Assembly (NCBI GenBank): GCA_002269645.1
Contig: NIVC01003688.1
Location: 18,725 to 82,724, forward strand
DNA length: 64,000 nt
Origin: Macrostomum lignano
Taxonomy: Eukaryota
Direction: 5' to 3'
Positions within the stretch are counted from its first letter, which is position 1. The number at the start of each line of letters is the position of its first letter. Positions 59,401 through 64,000 of this stretch are shown here, one piece after another. The translations under genes and the position numbers were made by a program. The notes under the pieces were generated by a model. That model ran no database searches and had not been told where the DNA came from. It saw only the letters and a program-made list of their open reading frames with translations.

Positions 59401-60554
59401 AAAGCGATTCAATTACTTTGGAGAAAATTAATTGTTGGAAATGGGTGCTGCACTATTTAGTGTAAAAAATAAATGGGTTGAATCTATGTATCGTGTTGCT
59501 TCGGTGTTGCTACGGTATTGCTATAGTGTTGCTATGGTGTTGCTATGGTGTTGCTATGGTGTTGCTATGGTGTTGCTATGGTGTGTCTTCTATGTTGTTG
59601 TGGTGTCGCTATAGTGTTGCTATGGTGTTTCTAAGGTGTTGCAATGGTAATGCTACGGTGTTGCTATGGTGTTGTAATGCGATGGGACGATGTCTTTTCT
59701 GTTCAAGCTTGTAAAATATTTAATTAAATGCTCAATTGGTGTCCAAGGTCATTCATTCTGTTTAAACTCTGCCAAATCGCATTCCAGATCAACCGTCTAA
59801 TCGAGATCTGCCCACCGTCGGGCGCGTTCATTCGAGCGCTGCACTCGGTGTACTACAAACTTACTGTCTACCTGCCCATGCTGGTCATTGCCGCTGGCTG
59901 CGCGTCACCTGGCACCGGGTGCGCGGTCATCGGGTCCGCAGTCGACAACGTCGAGTCCGTCGCCAGCTAGTAGCCATCTCGGCCAGCTTCATCCTGTTGG
60001 AGTCGCCGATGCTGCTGGCTCAGTTAATCTACGAGCTGAAATCTAAGGAGCCAGTGGATCTGATTGGCGAGGACAGCCTGCAGCTGTTCCGCCAGCGGAC
60101 TCGCTTGACGGAAGCTGTTGAGACCCTCTCGGGCCTGCACTCGCTGGTCATTCTCATGCTCTACCTGTTCGCCGATTCGAAATTTCGAGCCGGCGTCTGC
60201 CGGCTGATTGTTGAATGTCGTCGAGGCTGTCGACGACGACTAGCCCCTGCTACAGCTCGTGCCGTGGTCGGTCGGAGCAATGAACGCGAACGTCGACGAG
60301 AACAACCAATTCCGCTGCTGCCTTGCAGCTCTGCGGGCGGAGCTGCTGCTGCCGCCGCTGCTACGGAGACAGCCGATGTCACCGGCATCGTCACCGTCAA
60401 CGTCTCGGCCAATGCTGCCGCCGCCGCTGCCGCAACGACAAGGCTAAAGCCCGACATCAACTCTCGACAATTTTCAGCGACAGCAGCGCAATGTCGCGTA
60501 ACGAGACCTGGCACAAGAGCAGCAGCAGCGATGGCAGCGTGGGTTTTAATTTAG
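56415..60554 (+). CDS. Divergent rhodopsin-class (peptide/orphan) GPCR, 3 exons, 1-nt frameshift at about 59903
   Basis: Exons 56415-56930, 58164-58523, 59788-60554, all phase-0 GT-AG. Seven hydrophobic segments; TM3 ARNIWLMLAVCDRC; TM5 LTVYLPMLVIAAGC; basic ICL3 RVRSRQRRVRRQL; TM6 ISASFILLESPMLL; TM7 LHSLVILMLYLFADSKFR. The last exon is 767 nt, one base short of frame. Confidence 0.8.
57010..57285 (-). mobile_element. tRNA-derived SINE, copy 2 (uninterrupted), in GPCR intron 1
   Basis: Minus strand GGGGTTGTAGCCTGGTGGTTAGAGCGTCGGACTTACGACTTGAAGGTCAAGGGTTCGATT...TGTCCTTGAGCAAGACACTTAAC...; high similarity to 36121-36560. Confidence 0.87.
57765..58130. repeat. 32-bp minisatellite (CTGGGGTAGTTATCAGCACAGGTAATTATAGT)
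   Basis: Direct inspection. Confidence 0.9.
59500..59672. repeat. 11-bp minisatellite (GTTGCTATGGT), reverse complement of the 39410-39697 array
   Basis: Direct inspection. Confidence 0.85.
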
Positions 60555-61790
60555 TTTAGGGATCAATTAAGAAGATTATGTTTGTTTGACGCGCATGCCT
60601 GACGTTGCAGTATCTGAGCGAATGAATTATCTTTGAATGCTGTCCGTCAGCACACGGCAATTGACCCCAAAAACGTCTATGTACCGCCGTCACTGCACTC
60701 TGTCAATGCTCTGTCCGTTTCCGTTACAGCAATCTCCGTGTTTCTTCTTGTAAATTGTTACAAGAAGTAATTTGCATCATTAAATATAACTTTACTGGCG
60801 TCACCTATCCTACCTGTCGTTTGTCCTATTCCTATTTAAAACAGTTACGAGTACTTTGGTGTAACAATTTTTACCAGCATCTGAAAATTGGTCGATCTTT
60901 GATTGGCTTGTCATTTTTCTATACTTTATATATTGTTTTAATGAATTAGTTTTATGAATGCCTCGCATAATTGTTTCTGTATAATATTTTTCCTTAGAAG
61001 GAAACAATTATCATTGCTTATATAATTTTATATTGTATGCACTAACAAACAGATCTAGACGTGCGAAAGCAAGAAGCGACAGAATTTGAATCCGTTCGAT
61101 GCTAATTTTGTTTTACTTGCCAGTGTATATGCTGTAACTATTGATAATTGTAAAAATATATGACTTATTATTTCGTCTCTACATGTCAACAATTTCAAAA
61201 TTAGTTATGGCAACCAATAGATAACTAAAGATAAATAACTAGAAAAAGTAATTAGCTTAACTAAAACAAAATGCCTCACTTGTGCTTGTAAACGCGATTT
61301 TAAATTATAACTTTACGTTGTATTTCTGTGCAAAAAATGTTTTTTTATTTGCGAATTCTTAGAGGGTATTTTTATGCCTAGAATTTAAAAATAATCATCG
61401 TTCTGTAAGTGTAATTGTTAAAACAATGTTTACTAAAATCGATAGCTAAATAAATTCTTTATACAAGCATTCTATAGCATTACCAAGTGTTGATAATACA
61501 TTAATATACAAAATACTATACTTTAAAATATACAAAATTTAAAAACTGCTTTTTTCTTCCCTCATCTCATCCTTAATTATGCACGGCCATCGAAATTTCA
61601 GAGCCTCGAGCAAAATCTACAGTGAAAAAATGCCTTGTAAATATGGCCCTTCAAAAAAAGAATTAGTCACGCTGACTTTTGAATTGATCGAGAAATGTGG
61701 AATTAGAAGTGAGCAAATGCAATCGGAAATAAATAATTTGGGTAATGAAAATTGAGAATTGGAATTGGGAATGATTAAGTAAGCAAACAT

Positions 61791-61958
61791 CAGGGGCGTA
61801 GCCAAGGGGGGATCAGCCGGCTGATCCAGGCCAAATGCCTCAGCACCCCCCTCCCCCGTCGCAGAGGCCTAGCACCCCCTGCCATCGGTTGCCGCTATGA
61901 GAGCCTGTGACTGTGACCCCCCCCCCCCCCCCAGAAGGAAATCCTGGCTACGCCACTG
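61791..61958. mobile_element. 168-bp hAT-type MITE
   Basis: Ends CAGGGGCGTAGCCA and TGGCTACGCCACTG (1 mismatch); flanks GCAAACAT (61783-61790) and GTAAACAT (61959-61966), 7/8 identical. Confidence 0.8.
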
Positions 61959-62787
61959 GTAAACATTAGGGAATTTGAGATTGGGACTTTTAGGCGTAAG
62001 TTCAATAAGAAATAGGGAATTACTTGTTTAAAGAGTCCTTTGCAGTTAATAATTAAGTTAGCTCGGCCTCGTACTTGTAAAAAGGTTGCACAGTTTTTTT
62101 CAATTCATGACCTAAATAAGTAGCTATAGTTTTGTTTAAAGCTTAAAAACAGTCATCGAAAGCAAACACGTGATCACAGGAGCTCTAATTATGAAAGAGC
62201 TAGGACCTCGAGCAAAACATTGCATGCAGACACTCATGTCAAGCGATTCTAATCTGAAGCCACTAATCGCCAGTGAGAGAATTAAAGCAAAGACTGTGAG
62301 AATTGTCCAGGATCCCTTACCCCATTTACAGCCTGTAGGCTGTAAAACGAGAATTATCTATAATTATAATTAACAGATGGGGGAGGCGTGGCTAGTTGAG
62401 TTGTTTGCGTCACAGCTTTAGCTATGCGCTTGAAGCGGTAATTATAGCTCTGTAATTTGTGAGCTTTCAGCTTTGCGTTGATGAAATATTTCGAAACACA
62501 ATTATTGATCTTATCAATGCATCTCTAATTGTTTAAGTTTAATTAGCTAATTACATATAACGTATGACATTTTGTGGGTTCGAGTAATTAATTATAATAA
62601 TAATTTATCATAAATCTAGTGAACTATTTTGTAGATTTATGATAAATAAATCAAGCAAGAGAAAGCTAACGCTTTGGGTACATAATTCGCGCCCTGCTTA
62701 AAAAGCTTGAAGCAATTTTGAATTCTCCTTCAGCAAGTTCTTCTCTCGTACATTACCAATTATTATGTACCACAGACACACAAACGA

Positions 62788-63312
62788 TGAAGAGAGAGGA
62801 GAGAGGAGAGAGGAGAGAGAGAAGAGAGGAGAGAGGTGAGAAGAGGAGAGAGAGAGATGAAGAGGAAAGGAGAGGGGAGAGAGAAAGAGGAGAGGAGAGA
62901 GGAGAGGGGAGAGAGGAGAGGAGAGGAGAGAGGAGAGAGGAGAGGGGTGAGAGGAGAGGAGAGGAGAGGGGAGAGGAGGGGGAGAAGAGAGAGGAGAGGA
63001 GAGGAGAGAGGAGAGGAGAGCTGAGAGAGGAGAGGGGAGAGGAGAGAGGAGAGGGGTGAGAGGAGAAGAGATCTGAGAGAGGAGAGGAGAGCGGAGAGGG
63101 GAGAGGGAGAGGAAAGAGTAGAGGAGAGGAGAGGAGAGGAGGAGAGGAGAGAGGAGAGGAGAGCTGAGAGAAGAGAGGGAGAGGAGAGAGGAGAGGGGTG
63201 AGAGGAGAAGAGATCTGAGAGAGGAGAGGAGAGAGAGAGAGAGGAGAGAGGAGAGAGGAGAAAGGAGGAATAGAGAGGGGAGAGGAGATGAGAGAAAGAG
63301 GAGAGAGGAGAG
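62788..63312. repeat. (GAGAG/GGAGA)n polypurine tract
   Basis: Direct inspection. Confidence 0.95.
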
Positions 63313-64000
63313 GAAAACTATCTTTGTTGTCTTACTCGTGACCTGGTAAAAATTGCTGTATCATACCCTGGTATATATTGGTCTTCTAAACAATTCCCTG
63401 TGCTATTTTTTCATCTTTAACAAAGTACAAGCGTATCTATAGGTATTGCATGTGGATTGGAAAGCAAGATTGAGCAAGATTGAGTGCTGGAAAAGAACTC
63501 ATGACACAAATTATCCGGCAACTCAAGAATTCTTTCATTCTATAACTACGAAGGATTACAGAGCTGATATGAACCGTCATGGATTCGGGCTGCACGTAAT
63601 GAAGACCTGACAAAATCGATATATCTCAAGACCGGAAGCTGCAAGATCCCTAGTCCAAAGCCATTTAATCACGTGCGATTATATATAATCCATATTTCAC
63701 AAGCTCCCTTGATCTAAAAAGACAAATTGACGCAATACATGTACATGTTATAAAGTCTTTTGCGAATGATACAAATGAGGCTAACTGCAGTTAACAAAAA
63801 TCTTATCTTCATCTAACAAATTAATAGTTCACAGCTCCTTTCGAATTTCAGTGTTTCGTTGGTTGCATTCTACATGTATGTTCCTGACAAACAAATCCAA
63901 ACTTAATAAAATATTTGTTGAAAATTTACAATAACCACGTTCTCTAAAATTTATATGTAAAAATGCGCAAGCAAAAAACAAATTGTATAACAATCTGGCA

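Overview
Eukaryotic (animal) genomic DNA with no prokaryotic operons, CRISPR arrays, rRNA or genuine tRNA genes. Short GC-rich exons sit in AT-rich introns, and most introns are filled with their own minisatellite. This architecture, together with the divergent GPCR, is most consistent with a free-living flatworm such as Macrostomum (inference only). Five protein-coding loci were reconstructed by hand with splice phases checked. (1) An intronless biogenic-amine GPCR (minus, 4751-6048) with one frameshift. (2) A complete 7-exon ZW10 (minus, 16606-23801, 798 aa). (3) An SRSF10/12-like SR protein (plus, 26860-32179, 299 aa) whose second intron is a U12-type AT-AC intron. (4) A PHLPP-like PH-LRR-PP2C phosphatase (minus, about 35174-51499; 5' end uncertain) with two inferred GC-AG introns and a 41-bp TIR element plus 8-bp TSD inserted in the catalytic FDG motif. 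(5) A divergent 3-exon rhodopsin-class GPCR (plus, 56415-60554) with one frameshift. Mobile DNA comprises an RTE-like and a LOA/R1-like LINE fragment, a Gypsy integrase fragment, a THAP-encoding P-like TIR element, several MITEs with 8-bp TSDs and two copies of a tRNA-derived SINE. Most long ORFs in the supplied track are artefacts of tandem repeats.
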